A stretch of 36,825 bases of DNA from Candidatus Kaiserbacteria bacterium RIFOXYB1_FULL_46_14 (GCA_001783525.1 MFMS01000002.1:208135-244959); one strand, 5' to 3'; counted from the stretch's first letter, positions 8,959 to 17,766 are shown. Notes: a model not told the origin generated them from the letters alone. Translations and numbers: made by a program.

Positions 8959-10056
8959 TTATCGACGAACGACTCGGGTCATATTGCGATTCACTACATT
9001 AGTGATCTCGCTCCAAGAATCTGAACGTCCAGTAGAGACCGTACCACCATTGCCGCCGTCGCCAGCGTCACCGCCGTGCCCGCCAGCGCCAGTGGTGCCG
9101 CCAGTGCCGCCGTGTCCGGAGGCACCTCCGTCGCCACCAGGACCAGTGGTGCCGCCAGTGCCACCAGTACCGCCGGTGCCACCAGACTGACTACCATCTA
9201 CTTCGTCTCCTCCAAGGGAGTTAGCGTCGCCGCCAGCGCCGCCATTGCCGCCGTCGCCAGCACCCTGAGTGTCACCACCAGGAGCGATATCTAAGCTAGT
9301 ACCGCCGTTGCCAGCGCCATTGCCGCCGTCGCCAGCGTTACCGCCTCTACCGCCATCCTCTCCATCTGAAGAGTTATTGCCGGTATCGGAAGCAGAGATA
9401 GCTGCATTTCCGAGTTCAACTTCATTCTCGTTTACAACCACAGCTGCGGTCTCATCAAGATCCGCATTACTGTTAGCATCACGGACGACATCAGTATCGT
9501 TATTGTTGATGTCATTATTGATTTCGGAGGTTGACACAGCTTCACCAGTGGTGATATTGCCACCAGCACCACCGTTACCACCCTCGCCACCGGAACCACC
9601 AGCGCCAGTAGAGCCGCCATTGCCGCCATTGCCAGAGTCGCCACCGTCGCCGCCAGCGCCAGTGTTGCCACCAACTCCAGCTGCGCCGCCATTGCCGCCG
9701 GTCTGAGTGCCATTATTACCGTCAACGTCGCCGGTAGCGTCGCCGCCAGCGCCGCCGTTGCCGCCGTCGCCAGCACCCTGAGTGTCACCACCAGGAGCGA
9801 TGTTGATACTGCTTCCGCCATCGCCGGCATTACTGCCGCCATCACCGGCATTACCACCGCGACCGCCACGACCTCCACGAGAAGCGTTGCCACCAGTCGA
9901 AGCGGAAGATACGGCCACATTCATAATACTGGCCGAATTACTGTTAGCTACTACCACCGTGTCGTTCTCATAAGCATTAGCTGGCATAGCAAACATGCCA
10001 AAGGCCAAAGCTGGAAGAACGAGTACAGCGGCTGTCCTGTTGATTATTGCTGTCAT
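8959..10056 (-). CDS. Secreted glycine-rich protein with two Asn-rich repeat units, each carrying a (GGx)n insert
   Basis: Start MTAIINR; signal peptide ending ANA; internal duplication with a 171-codon period. Confidence 0.85.
   Translation of the reverse strand: MTAIINRTAAVLVLPALAFGMFAMPANAYENDTVVVANSNSASIMNVAVSSASTGGNASRGGRGGRGGNAGDGGSNAGDGGSSINIAPGGDTQGAGDGGNGGAGGDATGDVDGNNGTQTGGNGGAAGVGGNTGAGGDGGDSGNGGNGGSTGAGGSGGEGGNGGAGGNITTGEAVSTSEINNDINNNDTDVVRDANSNADLDETAAVVVNENEVELGNAAISASDTGNNSSDGEDGGRGGNAGDGGNGAGNGGTSLDIAPGGDTQGAGDGGNGGAGGDANSLGGDEVDGSQSGGTGGTGGTGGTTGPGGDGGASGHGGTGGTTGAGGHGGDAGDGGNGGTVSTGRSDSWSEITNVVNRNMTRVVRR
9222..9801. repeat. 67-bp direct repeat (9222-9288 and 9735-9801, 1 mismatch) inside the glycine-rich gene
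   Basis: Both copies encode IAPGGDTQGAGDGGNGGAGGDA; offset 513 bp. Confidence 0.9.
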
Positions 10057-10260
10057 AATGTTTGTTTTAGTTTTATTAAAACTTTTAACTCTGATAATAA
10101 TGCGGCGAACTGACTTGCAGTTTCCGCCGGTGAACCCGGAGTCTTCACCTGAATGCCAAACGGCGCGCAAATGAAGCTGAAGGAGCTCACGGAATTAAAT
10201 TCAACGTCGTTGAACTCAAGTCTGCGACTTCCTTCCTGTCTCTTAAGATTGTAAAATTAC

Positions 10261-10298
10261 AAAAAAAACTGCTTTCGTGCGAATACGCACGAAAGCAG
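10261..10298 (-). terminator. Intrinsic terminator/attenuator in the leader of the glycine-rich gene
   Basis: Perfect 13-bp stem CTGCTTTCGTGCG/CGCACGAAAGCAG followed by T8 on the minus strand. Confidence 0.8.
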
Positions 10299-10384
10299 CT
10301 CTCACCCAAAACAAATATTCAAAACTGATGCGAGTAACATTCATAATACAAATGTCCTTCACTCGCTGGCCTCCAATTTATTTA

Positions 10385-10412
10385 ATAATACACCCCACCA
10401 AAAAGGGTGCAA
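10385..10412 (-). promoter_or_regulatory. Putative sigma70 promoter upstream of the attenuated leader
   Basis: Minus strand TTGCAC-N16-TATTAT. Confidence 0.45.
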
Positions 10413-10578
10413 TGAAAAATACGAAAAAATCTCACTGCGATACAAGAAGATCACCTGTCAATATATCAACTGGGGACATCGGCTTATTGTCCTTTGTCGA
10501 TAAACTGCTATACACTGTATTGATAAGCTCTTTAGCTCAAACCTCGATAGACCCTGTTAAAACCCGCCGTACCAAAAC

Positions 10579-10649
10579 TATTTTATTTGGTCGCGGAACG
10601 TCCAGTGTAAAAGCTGGTCTCCAATTTATTTCCGCGACCAAATAAAATA
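10579..10649. repeat. Perfect 20-bp inverted repeat with 31-bp spacer
   Basis: TATTTTATTTGGTCGCGGAA (10579-10598) and TTCCGCGACCAAATAAAATA (10630-10649). Confidence 0.9.
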
Positions 10650-10989
10650 ATTTTGAGTTCATGAACATGGTTGGTAGATAGATGATGACACTGTCTAATT
10701 TCATCTAGTAGCAAGTGTGACTAAAAACCAACGAAAGCAACACACATCAACAACCCCTCGCCGTCGCTAGTGTCAGCGGCAAGAATTCATACTTTGTAAT
10801 CACTTTCTGTAACTCTTGTTCTCGTCTGTAGATCTCGCCCATTTCAAGTGAGCAATGTTTTAAATGTCTAACAAGCGCCGCGTCATGTAGCCCTCGAATT
10901 TTTGCAGCGGTACTAGATCCTAATTTGCGTATGACGTTCGGTCAAGATATTCACACGACAAAAAGATGAATCAAGCTAAGTCTATACGA

Positions 10990-11017
10990 CGATCGCCGGC
11001 CATAAAGCCGGCGATCG
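10990..11017 (-). terminator. Hairpin downstream of the 1634-aa gene, possible terminator
   Basis: 11-bp stem CGATCGCCGGC/GCCGGCGATCG; no strong U tract. Confidence 0.45.
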
Positions 11018-11090
11018 GATATTCTTGAGGTAAGACACGGGGACAAATGCCGAGAATAATCCTCAACAATGGAAGCTGAAATTTCCCAAA

Positions 11091-14000
11091 TTACAGTACC
11101 GGCTTGGTTGGAGGAACCTCAAGACTATTGATGTAGTAGAGCAGGGCGGCACCGATGGTAGTGATCAGTGATGGCCAAAGTGCACACTCTGTACCTAGTA
11201 CGAAGTAGAAGATCAACCCGAGCAATCCTAGAATGCCGAAGATAAACGACACACTCATTACAGATACTGCTTCAGTGCTCCAACCCTTCCAGTAGTAAAC
11301 AGCGCCGCTTGCAATGATCCAAGTCAAGACCATAAGCCACCAGTACCAACACTCATCAATCCAATCTACCAGTGCAGCTACTGCTTTGGACGAAGAAGCG
11401 GTTTCTTCGGTCGAATCATCAACATCATTATCAGTCGAGGTGCTTTCACCTAATACCTTGCCGTCTGGACCAGTATCACCATCACCTTCTCCCGATCCAA
11501 AGTTGCCAGTTGATGCGCCAGCGACCTGTGGAGTAGCGCCAGTGCCGTCGATAGTTGTATCTCCGCCACCTACACCATCACCTCCTCCGTCACCACCGTT
11601 GTTGCCGTCACCGCCATTACCATCGCCATCTCCTCCGTTGTTGTCATTAGTGTTTCTTGAAGAAGAATTGTCTTCAGCAGTACCGAAGTCATAAGGGCCA
11701 GTATCGGATGATACAACACTTACGCTGTGGGAATGACCGATGTTGTCAGGATAAGTATAGTCCCAGTCGCTACCGATGTCGGCAATAACAGTCCAGCTAC
11801 CAGCTTCTACCTCGAAGGAGTAACGTCCGCTGGCGTCGGTAGTCGTAGCTACCGTTGTGGTTCCATTAGTAATCGAGATACTTACTCCAGCCCGATAATT
11901 TTCATCCTCATTTTTTACAGTGTCCTCATTTTCATCGCGCCAGACGAAGCCAAATACTTCGTAAGTCTCAGCATCAGGAATGTCCTCTTCACACATTACT
12001 CCATCACGAAGTGTTAGGGTTGCTCCATCATTACCAGTATCTGCACGCATATCAAACACTAGGCTTGAGGTGCTTGTGGTCTGGAAGACATCAACGAATC
12101 CTTGACCTGGGTTTTCCAACTTGAATCCAGTACCGTTGATCTCGCGTACAACATCGTCGTTTACAATGCTATCAAAACCCTGGAATGCGAGGTTGCCCTT
12201 TATGTAGTCAATCTGACCACTAGGATTTTCTCCCCTCCAGGCAAATTTCATCTTTGCGCCGTCGAAGTCGAGGGCTAGACCCTTGAAGCCAGCAGAAGCT
12301 AGGCTAACGGCTGAAGCCTCACCGATTTCATCGACACTGAACCAGTAACCATTCGGAGCGATCTTGTTGGAGTCTCCCAAGTAAACCTTGCCATTCCAAC
12401 TACCAGAAGCCTCGATGGTGTCATCAAGTGTAATCTTGACGAGCTTGTCTTCGTGACACTGGTTGGCAAGCTGACAAGAGGTGTTACAACCTTCGTCGCC
12501 AAGTTCACACTGTTCGTAACCATTTACCTCTTCGTCACCACAGTAGTTGATTGTTCCAGTATCAGGGTTACAGGTCAGAGATACGTTGTCGAGAAGAGCG
12601 CCGTAGCCATCAGAAGGAGTGGCGTCAGCAAACGTCACCTCTACATCATTTCCATCTCCAACGAAGCTGTATGTATGAGTCTCCCAATCAGTGTTGGTGT
12701 TGGCAGTACCATCTGCTTGATTTGAGGCCACTTCATCACCGTCAATGAAGACCTCCATCTGGTTGTTTCCTGTACTTAAACCTGGTCGTGGTGAGAAAGC
12801 CCAACTCAAAGTGTATTCTTTGTCTTCAATAGTAGGAATGGTCTGGATGAGACGAGTTGATTCATCACTATCGAGTTCTGCAAACTGTTCGCCATCAGCC
12901 GCAAGCCATCCGGAGTAACCTCGGATGATTTCCATCAACGCAGTGCCAGTATCGCCTGCTTTTTTAACTACCCAGTCAACCGGGTCAGAGATGTGTTCCC
13001 ACTGACCATCAATTGCTGGTTCTTCGAAGCTAGCGTTCGCAAGGAGGTTTGTCTCAGCGATACAAGATACGACAACTGGATTTTCTAGAGTGAACCAGCG
13101 AGACTCACGGAAATTTTCACCACCATCTTCAGTCGGATTGACCACTAAACAGTAGTCGCCGTCGCTCCAAGCACTCATGTCAATCGTTGTCGAGAAGTCA
13201 GCTCCATTCCAAGAGAAAGGAGTACTGAAGCCATCGACGTTACCTGCCACAGTATTGGTGTTGGCGCTACAAGTACCCGCGCGGATCGCCCATTGAACAG
13301 GGTCTAGGCTTACATCTGCATCAATATACTCAGCCAAGAAGGTATGTGATTCAGACAAGACTTCATAATCGGTGGCTGGATTGGTGATTACAAGACCAGG
13401 ATCTACTGGTTCTTCATCGGTATTGAAGATAGAGAAGTTCTCATTTTCTTCATTAACACTCACAACACCTTGTCCGTCTAGATGCCACCAACCGGCCTGC
13501 ATTACTTCGTCAGCCTCGTATTCACCATAAGGCACTCCTTCAAAAGTGACACAACCTTCTCCTGTTACTCCAGCATAACCTTCGTAAATAGAAACGTTGA
13601 GTGAACCAGAGTTGTCGTTGTACCAGCTAGGGATTGGGTCTGTGCCTGTACCGTCAAAGATTCTGAAGTTTACTGTGCCGTCAGCATCCGGAGTGAATGA
13701 AGTGGCATAAGTATGGTTGCTATTGTAAGAGCCCCATTCTACAAAGTCTTCAGCCACTTGAAGATCAAGAATATCTTCTCCGTAGCCAGTGAAGCCATCC
13801 ATCTGTGTAAGCCAATTGTCCTCAGTGGAGTACTCGGCATCTACATGATTATCAGGATTGCGATCGTTTAGCCAAACACCTGTCGCTACCGCGATATATG
13901 ATTTACCAGCTTCTAGTGAAGTCACTGTTGTAGTGCCCATTGCAGTATTTGCAGGGACAACCAGGTCTTCCACGTGCTCACCCTTCAACATCAAAGTCCA

Positions 14001-15995
14001 ACCGCCCATGGCAACTTCACTTTGATCGTACTTACACATTGTCACGTTCGAAGTAGGTTCAGGCTCGAAGTCGTAAGTGGTTGTGTGAATGTTGGAACCC
14101 TGATCGATACCAATTACAAATTTGTCCACACTACCATCAAAGCCAGCCCAAGAACCACCAGCCTTAAATATCATTGCCCCTTGAGTATCGACATCTTCCA
14201 AAGATTTTGCGCTGATACGCAAATCTGGATAATTATCATTTAATTCTTCCCATGTACACGGGTCTGACATGGTACACATTGATCCACCATTAGGACCTGC
14301 TATCCACCAGTTGCCTGTTCCTGATCCGGCGGAATCATTTAGTGCATCCCATTCCTGCCAAGTATCATCTTGAGTGGTCTGAGTGTAGTATGGTTCATAA
14401 ACAATACGTCCGTCAGCTTTTGCTGGATTAACGGGCGTGCCGTCCATATCTACATCGAACTGAAGCGCCAAAGCAAGCACTCCACCAGTAGGTTCCGTTC
14501 TGTATGTAGAATATTTGAGTTCAACTATATCACTTATGTTGAGTCCAGCTTCCAAATAGTGTCGAAGTTTTGTTCTTTCGTTTGAGGTCGGAGTGGTAAT
14601 GCGGGCGCTACCTTTGCCTAGCGGAGGAGTTGCCGGTCCAGCGACAATCTCACCTACTCCAGTCGTCCAAGTAGTGCGATCACTATTAAACTCCCAACCT
14701 TGCATAACACCAGGTGTTACTACAACTGTCTCCGAAGTCTCAGGATCTGATACATTCGACACAGATAGCGACATGTTGTCAAATAAGAAGCCCTTGTTGT
14801 CATTTGCTGGAACAGCTGAGCCACCGGCACGGAAAATAAGAGTATCTACTGGGAACAAAGCATTTCCATTACCACTCTGTTCTGCGTCATAGCGGTAATA
14901 ATCCTCCCAACTGGTGCCTGTGTGTGCAAGGGAGCCATCAATGTAAATCTTTACAATATCGTTGGCCGGACCATCTACAAAGTCCATTACAAACTTTATC
15001 GTGTGTGATTCATCACGATCGAGGGTGGCTATTTCTTGATCATTCCAAGAGGTTGTACCTGGTAGAGGACCAGCATTGGTCACGTCGTAAAAGACTACGT
15101 CGATACCATCTGAAGTGTCCGTAAAGCTTAAATAGCTCATTCGTGAACCATTGCCGTCATCGGGAGATACGGAAAGCGCAAGCCCTGACTGCAAGCCAGG
15201 CATAGTTGAGGCAATATCAAACTGCGCCTCAAAATGATTATTGGCGGCAACACTCGATTCGCCGGCTGTCGTCACAGTTGGAGCAGCGAATGTTTGATCT
15301 CCAAAAGCACCATTCGTAACGGCATTCGAGATGCGGAGTGACTTACAACCGAACTCAGTAAAACCATAGGTGTTCGGAACAACTTCCTGATCATAAGGGC
15401 CGGTTGCACTCCATGAGTTTTGGGCATTCACTGTACCGGTAGCGAAAGTGTCGAAGGTGGTCAACGACACATCATCTGTAGAGCTACACTCTGGTACCGA
15501 ACCATCTTCATACTGAAATGTATTGGTGAATATTTGTTCATCCGCAGGATTCACATAAGAGAATGAAGTAACCTCTGCGGATGAAGCGTCTGACAGAATA
15601 AATGTGTCGCCGCCAGCGCCATTGTTCCAGCCACCGGCGCCCCATTCATCGTCACAGTCCACCCCACCATTTAAGGTAGTGCTAGCGTTCGCGCATACCA
15701 CATAGGATTCACTGGGTGACAGCGTCGTAGATCCAAAAATATAAGAAAGGGATTGTCCATCATTTACTTCCCAACCCGTCAGATCAAGATTACCGACGCC
15801 AGTGTTTTGAATTTTGAACCACTCACCATTTCCGTCCCCAACGCCATTATCAGGATTTGGCATCAAACTGATCTCTCCAGTAAAAGTAGCGGCGTTGGCG
15901 ATTTGTGGCCAGACCGGAACCATGACCAAAACCAGAGCGATTATGGTCATAAATGAAAGAACACGGTTGAAGAAGTGAGCAGTGTGGGAATTCAT
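11091..15995 (-). CDS. Giant multidomain membrane-anchored adhesin-like protein (lamin-tail, lectin-like, DUF642-like, Cys-rich, SdrD B-like domains)
   Basis: Signal peptide; MPNP..GEWFKIQNTG..LDLTGW (lamin tail); NLLANASFEEP..AADGEQFAELDS (DUF642-like); CGDEEVNGYEQCE; GFVWRDENED..TDASGRYSF (SdrD-B); three C-terminal TM helices. Confidence 0.8.
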   Translation of the reverse strand: MNSHTAHFFNRVLSFMTIIALVLVMVPVWPQIANAATFTGEISLMPNPDNGVGDGNGEWFKIQNTGVGNLDLTGWEVNDGQSLSYIFGSTTLSPSESYVVCANASTTLNGGVDCDDEWGAGGWNNGAGGDTFILSDASSAEVTSFSYVNPADEQIFTNTFQYEDGSVPECSSTDDVSLTTFDTFATGTVNAQNSWSATGPYDQEVVPNTYGFTEFGCKSLRISNAVTNGAFGDQTFAAPTVTTAGESSVAANNHFEAQFDIASTMPGLQSGLALSVSPDDGNGSRMSYLSFTDTSDGIDVVFYDVTNAGPLPGTTSWNDQEIATLDRDESHTIKFVMDFVDGPANDIVKIYIDGSLAHTGTSWEDYYRYDAEQSGNGNALFPVDTLIFRAGGSAVPANDNKGFLFDNMSLSVSNVSDPETSETVVVTPGVMQGWEFNSDRTTWTTGVGEIVAGPATPPLGKGSARITTPTSNERTKLRHYLEAGLNISDIVELKYSTYRTEPTGGVLALALQFDVDMDGTPVNPAKADGRIVYEPYYTQTTQDDTWQEWDALNDSAGSGTGNWWIAGPNGGSMCTMSDPCTWEELNDNYPDLRISAKSLEDVDTQGAMIFKAGGSWAGFDGSVDKFVIGIDQGSNIHTTTYDFEPEPTSNVTMCKYDQSEVAMGGWTLMLKGEHVEDLVVPANTAMGTTTVTSLEAGKSYIAVATGVWLNDRNPDNHVDAEYSTEDNWLTQMDGFTGYGEDILDLQVAEDFVEWGSYNSNHTYATSFTPDADGTVNFRIFDGTGTDPIPSWYNDNSGSLNVSIYEGYAGVTGEGCVTFEGVPYGEYEADEVMQAGWWHLDGQGVVSVNEENENFSIFNTDEEPVDPGLVITNPATDYEVLSESHTFLAEYIDADVSLDPVQWAIRAGTCSANTNTVAGNVDGFSTPFSWNGADFSTTIDMSAWSDGDYCLVVNPTEDGGENFRESRWFTLENPVVVSCIAETNLLANASFEEPAIDGQWEHISDPVDWVVKKAGDTGTALMEIIRGYSGWLAADGEQFAELDSDESTRLIQTIPTIEDKEYTLSWAFSPRPGLSTGNNQMEVFIDGDEVASNQADGTANTNTDWETHTYSFVGDGNDVEVTFADATPSDGYGALLDNVSLTCNPDTGTINYCGDEEVNGYEQCELGDEGCNTSCQLANQCHEDKLVKITLDDTIEASGSWNGKVYLGDSNKIAPNGYWFSVDEIGEASAVSLASAGFKGLALDFDGAKMKFAWRGENPSGQIDYIKGNLAFQGFDSIVNDDVVREINGTGFKLENPGQGFVDVFQTTSTSSLVFDMRADTGNDGATLTLRDGVMCEEDIPDAETYEVFGFVWRDENEDTVKNEDENYRAGVSISITNGTTTVATTTDASGRYSFEVEAGSWTVIADIGSDWDYTYPDNIGHSHSVSVVSSDTGPYDFGTAEDNSSSRNTNDNNGGDGDGNGGDGNNGGDGGGDGVGGGDTTIDGTGATPQVAGASTGNFGSGEGDGDTGPDGKVLGESTSTDNDVDDSTEETASSSKAVAALVDWIDECWYWWLMVLTWIIASGAVYYWKGWSTEAVSVMSVSFIFGILGLLGLIFYFVLGTECALWPSLITTIGAALLYYINSLEVPPTKPVL

Positions 15996-16028
15996 AAATA
16001 TAAATTTTTAATTTGAATACTAAAACGC

Positions 16029-16061
16029 AAAAAGCATCTGGCACATAAAATGCCTAGATGC
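16029..16061 (-). terminator. Intrinsic terminator/attenuator just upstream of the giant adhesin
   Basis: Minus strand GCATCTAGGCA-loop-TGCCAGATGC-TTTTT. Confidence 0.65.
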
Positions 16062-16104
16062 TCTCGTCAAACAGACCCATGGATGGGACTATGTCTGCGT
16101 TCAT
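16054..16104 (-). CDS. Putative 16-aa leader peptide MNADIVPSMGLFDESI
   Basis: ATG lies 9 nt after a TGcTAGAAT extended -10 (16114-16122); the TAG stop lies in the 5' arm of the terminator. Confidence 0.4.
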   Translation of the reverse strand: MNADIVPSMGLFDESI

Positions 16105-16187
16105 AATGTTTTCATTCTAGCAAGCCCCCACTCCTTGGTAAGCTTGACAGCGGTCGATAACAGAGTCGTGGCTAAGTTTGAACTTCG

Positions 16188-17141
16188 CTACTCCTCTACA
16201 TCCGGTCTGGCTTTTTTGAAAACTGATAAGTTGTAGCAGACAGAAGATGTTTTTGAATTCTCGGTTGCTATCGCAATAGGTGGCAAAGCACGGTCTTGTT
16301 CATCGTCCTCCCTCTCTAGACGAGCTTCTCGAAACCTCTCCCTAGGCATTTTGACGTTTTCTATAAACTCGGCTCGGTCTTCACGCCATTCGCGGAGCCC
16401 TGGTGCATGGTCGAGGATCCATGGAAAGACAGCGCAGACGTAAAGTGCGTCTTCAGACAATTCGCTTGAAGTGGCGGCCAAAATGCGTACTTTTTCGCCG
16501 CTTTTTAGCAGTTTAATGTCGTGTTCACGCAGTTCTTCTGTATTGAGATGCCAAGACTCTCCGTCGGCGTCGATGAAGTCTAGAAAATCTTCTTTTTCAT
16601 TTATCTCCTCTACTACCTGCCCGACCAACCTTCCGGCAAGTGGCTTTTGCCACATTTCCTCTTCGAATTTTGCCCGTGACTGATAAGCCGGAACTGCTTT
16701 CCCTAACATTTGGTCCAAATACCAACCCGCACCGAGCCAGTGCAGTAAACCGCCTCCCAAAACGCTAAAACCAATACTACTACCGACCACCAACACTATT
16801 GGATAGCGATAACCGCGCTTAGTATGTCGTAAATTGAAGTAGGCGGCCGCTACCAGCAAGAAAAAGGTTACCAGCCAGAGGTATGGCAAGGCATCAAACA
16901 AGAAGGTTAGGAAATTGTCGTGCGCGGCTTCATATAGAGCGTATCCGATATGCAAAGATGCAAAAGAAGCCACTGAAAGAGCTAAAGCACCGCACAAAAC
17001 AGTAGCCCCCCAAGCTCCCCAAAGGGCATATTCGTGAGAAAGCCAATATAGGCGTGAGCGTGGCTCGATACCCTCCTTCTCCAGACGTGAAAGAATGGAC
17101 TCCTTCAGGTCATTATGTGGTTGTTTTTGTGTATCACTCAT
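16188..17141 (-). CDS. Membrane protein, putative anti-sigma factor
   Basis: Overlaps the ECF sigma gene by 8 nt; short basic N-terminus, 3 TM helices, extracytoplasmic domain. Confidence 0.6.
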   Translation of the reverse strand: MSDTQKQPHNDLKESILSRLEKEGIEPRSRLYWLSHEYALWGAWGATVLCGALALSVASFASLHIGYALYEAAHDNFLTFLFDALPYLWLVTFFLLVAAAYFNLRHTKRGYRYPIVLVVGSSIGFSVLGGGLLHWLGAGWYLDQMLGKAVPAYQSRAKFEEEMWQKPLAGRLVGQVVEEINEKEDFLDFIDADGESWHLNTEELREHDIKLLKSGEKVRILAATSSELSEDALYVCAVFPWILDHAPGLREWREDRAEFIENVKMPRERFREARLEREDDEQDRALPPIAIATENSKTSSVCYNLSVFKKARPDVEE

Positions 17142-17706
17142 ATTTTTTTAAAAGTTCACGGAGCTGTTTCTTAGCACGGTGAATAAAAGTCCCGACTGTT
17201 CCTAGCGGCAATTTAAGAACGTCGGAAATCTCTTCGTATTCTAAATGCTCAAAGTATCGAAGGATCAAGATGTCTCGGTATTTAGGATCAAGTTCTGCCA
17301 TTGCCCTTTGCAGATATTCAGCATTTATCTTTTGATCTAGACGTACCGAAGCATCTTCTTCGTCATTATTTAAAAAAGCCAACACCTCCTCACTATCTGC
17401 CACCAGATTGCCCTCTGGTCTTACTTTTTTCTTACGATACCAAGAAATCGCTTCGTTGTGCGCAATGCGATAAATCCAAGCTGAGAAGGAATAACTATCG
17501 TCGTAATCGTTTAGATTGCGATAGACCTTGATAAAAACCTCCTGTAACACATCATCGCGATCATCAGGGTCTCTGACCCCAAGACGAGTGACGTAGCGAG
17601 ACAACTTGCTTTGATAACGCTCGACGATATGGCCAAATAGCGCCCGCTCTTTGAGCGCTAGTTTTACCACCTCCTTATCCCCTAGCGATGTTATCTCTGC
17701 GACCAT
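17134..17706 (-). CDS. ECF-subfamily RNA polymerase sigma factor (SigW-like)
   Basis: DDVLQEVFIKVYRNL, FSAWIYRIAHN (region 2); LEYEEISDVLKLPLGTVGTFIHRAK (region 4). Confidence 0.93.
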   Translation of the reverse strand: MVAEITSLGDKEVVKLALKERALFGHIVERYQSKLSRYVTRLGVRDPDDRDDVLQEVFIKVYRNLNDYDDSYSFSAWIYRIAHNEAISWYRKKKVRPEGNLVADSEEVLAFLNNDEEDASVRLDQKINAEYLQRAMAELDPKYRDILILRYFEHLEYEEISDVLKLPLGTVGTFIHRAKKQLRELLKKYE

Positions 17707-17716
17707 CTTAGAATTA

Positions 17717-17742
17717 TACGCTCTATGCGGTCAAATATTTCA
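17717..17742 (-). promoter_or_regulatory. ECF autoregulatory promoter overlapping a sigma70 -10
   Basis: Minus strand TGAAAT-N16-CGTA, running into TATAAT 6 nt before the ATG. Confidence 0.7.
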
Positions 17743-17766
17743 GACCATTAATGGTAGAATGGTGAG

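Noticed and set aside
8984-9973. Several overlapping Pro-rich or Ala/Val-rich ORFs in other frames
   Set aside because: Shadow frames of the GGC-rich glycine repeat gene; no independent signals.
8959-10056. Mycobacterial PE-PGRS gene or contamination
   Set aside because: No PE domain; it has a Sec signal peptide and shares its repeat with neighbouring genes.
10057-10420. Known riboswitch (c-di-GMP, T-box, TPP and others)
   Set aside because: Diagnostic motifs were not found by eye on either strand; an Rfam scan is still needed.
10277-10645. 122-aa plus-strand ORF
   Set aside because: Starts inside a terminator hairpin, crosses an inverted repeat, and has no recognisable protein features.
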